Below, piece by piece: positions 63,188 to 64,000 of a stretch of DNA of 64,000 bases. The notes under the pieces were generated by a model. That model was not told the DNA's origin. It saw only the letters and a program-made list of their open reading frames with translations, and did not search any database. A program made the position numbers and the translations under genes. The stretch spans positions 3,552,001-3,616,000 of the forward strand of contig JBKAGP010000001.1 in assembly GCA_046290465.1 (NCBI GenBank). Reading direction: 5' to 3'. Origin of the DNA: Planctomycetota bacterium. GTDB lineage: Bacteria > Planctomycetota > UBA1135 > UBA2386. The stretch's first letter is position 1, and each line of letters begins with the position of its first letter.

Positions 63188-64000
63188 CTAACGGTCGGCC
63201 AGCGCGGCAGCTGCATACGCCAGCACGGCCGCGCCCAAAGCCAGCTCGCGCTCGTTGACGGCTGGCAGGTCGTCGACCGAAGTGTGGTGGTAGTCGAAGT
63301 AGCGGTGGCCGTCGACCCACATGCCGAAGCACGGCACGCCGCGCGCATGCAGCACGCTGATGTCGGCGCCGCCGGCACCGGCCCCCGGCAAGAACAGGCC
63401 CGCACCGAGTTCGTCGAGCGGTGCGAACCGCTGCTCGACCGCGACCGCCTCGTCACCGCGCAACGAGCACGAGAAGCCCTTGGGCGTGAAGCCGCCCGAA
63501 TCGGTCTCGATCGCCGCGACGTGCCGCGCGATCTCGTGCTCGTGCGCCGCCGCGTAGGCTTGCGCGCCGCGCAGACCGTTCTCCTCGTTGGCGAACAGCA
63601 CCACCCGGATGGTGCGCTTCGGCCGCCAGCCGATCGCACGCAGCAGCCGCACCGCTTCGAGGCAGTGCACGCAACCCGCACCGTCGTCGTGCGCACCGGT
63701 GCCGAGGTCCCACGCGTCGAGGTGGCCGCCGATCAACACCAGTTCGTCGGGGCGTTCGCTGCCGCGCAGCTCACCGATCACGTTGTGGCCCTCGACGTCC
63801 TCGAGCGTGCGGCAACCGAGTTCGAGGCTGACGCGCACCGGTCCGTTCTCGAGCATCGCGGCCAGCGCCTCGGCGTCCTCGGTCGCGATCGCCGCGGCCG
63901 GCACCTTGGCGACGTCGTCGTCGTAGCGCATCGCGCCGGTGTGCGGAAAGCCGTCGACGGCGGTCGTCATCGAACGCACCAACGCGGCCACCGCGCCGAC
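63188..64000 (-). CDS. M28 family peptidase (carboxypeptidase Q-like), 5' end outside the window
   Basis: GGHLDAWD, GAHDDGAG, NEENG, ETDSG, YHHT..D. Confidence 0.88.
   Translation of the reverse strand, partial: VGAVAALVRSMTTAVDGFPHTGAMRYDDDVAKVPAAAIATEDAEALAAMLENGPVRVSLELGCRTLEDVEGHNVIGELRGSERPDELVLIGGHLDAWDLGTGAHDDGAGCVHCLEAVRLLRAIGWRPKRTIRVVLFANEENGLRGAQAYAAAHEHEIARHVAAIETDSGGFTPKGFSCSLRGDEAVAVEQRFAPLDELGAGLFLPGAGAGGADISVLHARGVPCFGMWVDGHRYFDYHHTSVDDLPAVNERELALGAAVLAYAAAALADR

Overview
This is a GC-rich, gene-dense bacterial chromosomal window. The DUF1549/DUF1553 cytochrome c plus DUF1501 pair, the ECF sigma factors linked to Ser/Thr kinases and the many large secreted proteins suggest Planctomycetota (inference). 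No integrase, transposase, prophage or CRISPR array was seen. Recognisable content: pilT, ppk1, tRNA-Asp(GTC), an EamA transporter, a TerB/J-domain co-chaperone, OsmC, two ECF sigma factors, a thioester alpha-2-macroglobulin-like protein, a secreted endonuclease I, three Ser/Thr kinases, three hybrid histidine kinases, a BNR/VPS10 protein, a bioB-bioF/D-bioA operon and M20/M28 peptidases. Best candidates for undescribed biology: (1) a SET-domain methyltransferase gene directly upstream of an epsilon-poly-lysine-synthetase(Pls)-like membrane NRPS and a membrane acyltransferase-like gene, suggesting a methylated/acylated poly(amino acid) pathway; (2) an ECF sigma translationally coupled to an anti-sigma-like/TM/alpha-2-macroglobulin fusion with an intact CxEQ thioester motif; (3) a GEMM-I-like structured RNA with an overlapping terminator-like hairpin upstream of an orphan ORF; (4) a family of intergenic palindromes between convergent genes, including a perfect 100-bp palindrome. 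All family calls come from reading motifs by eye, with no database searches.
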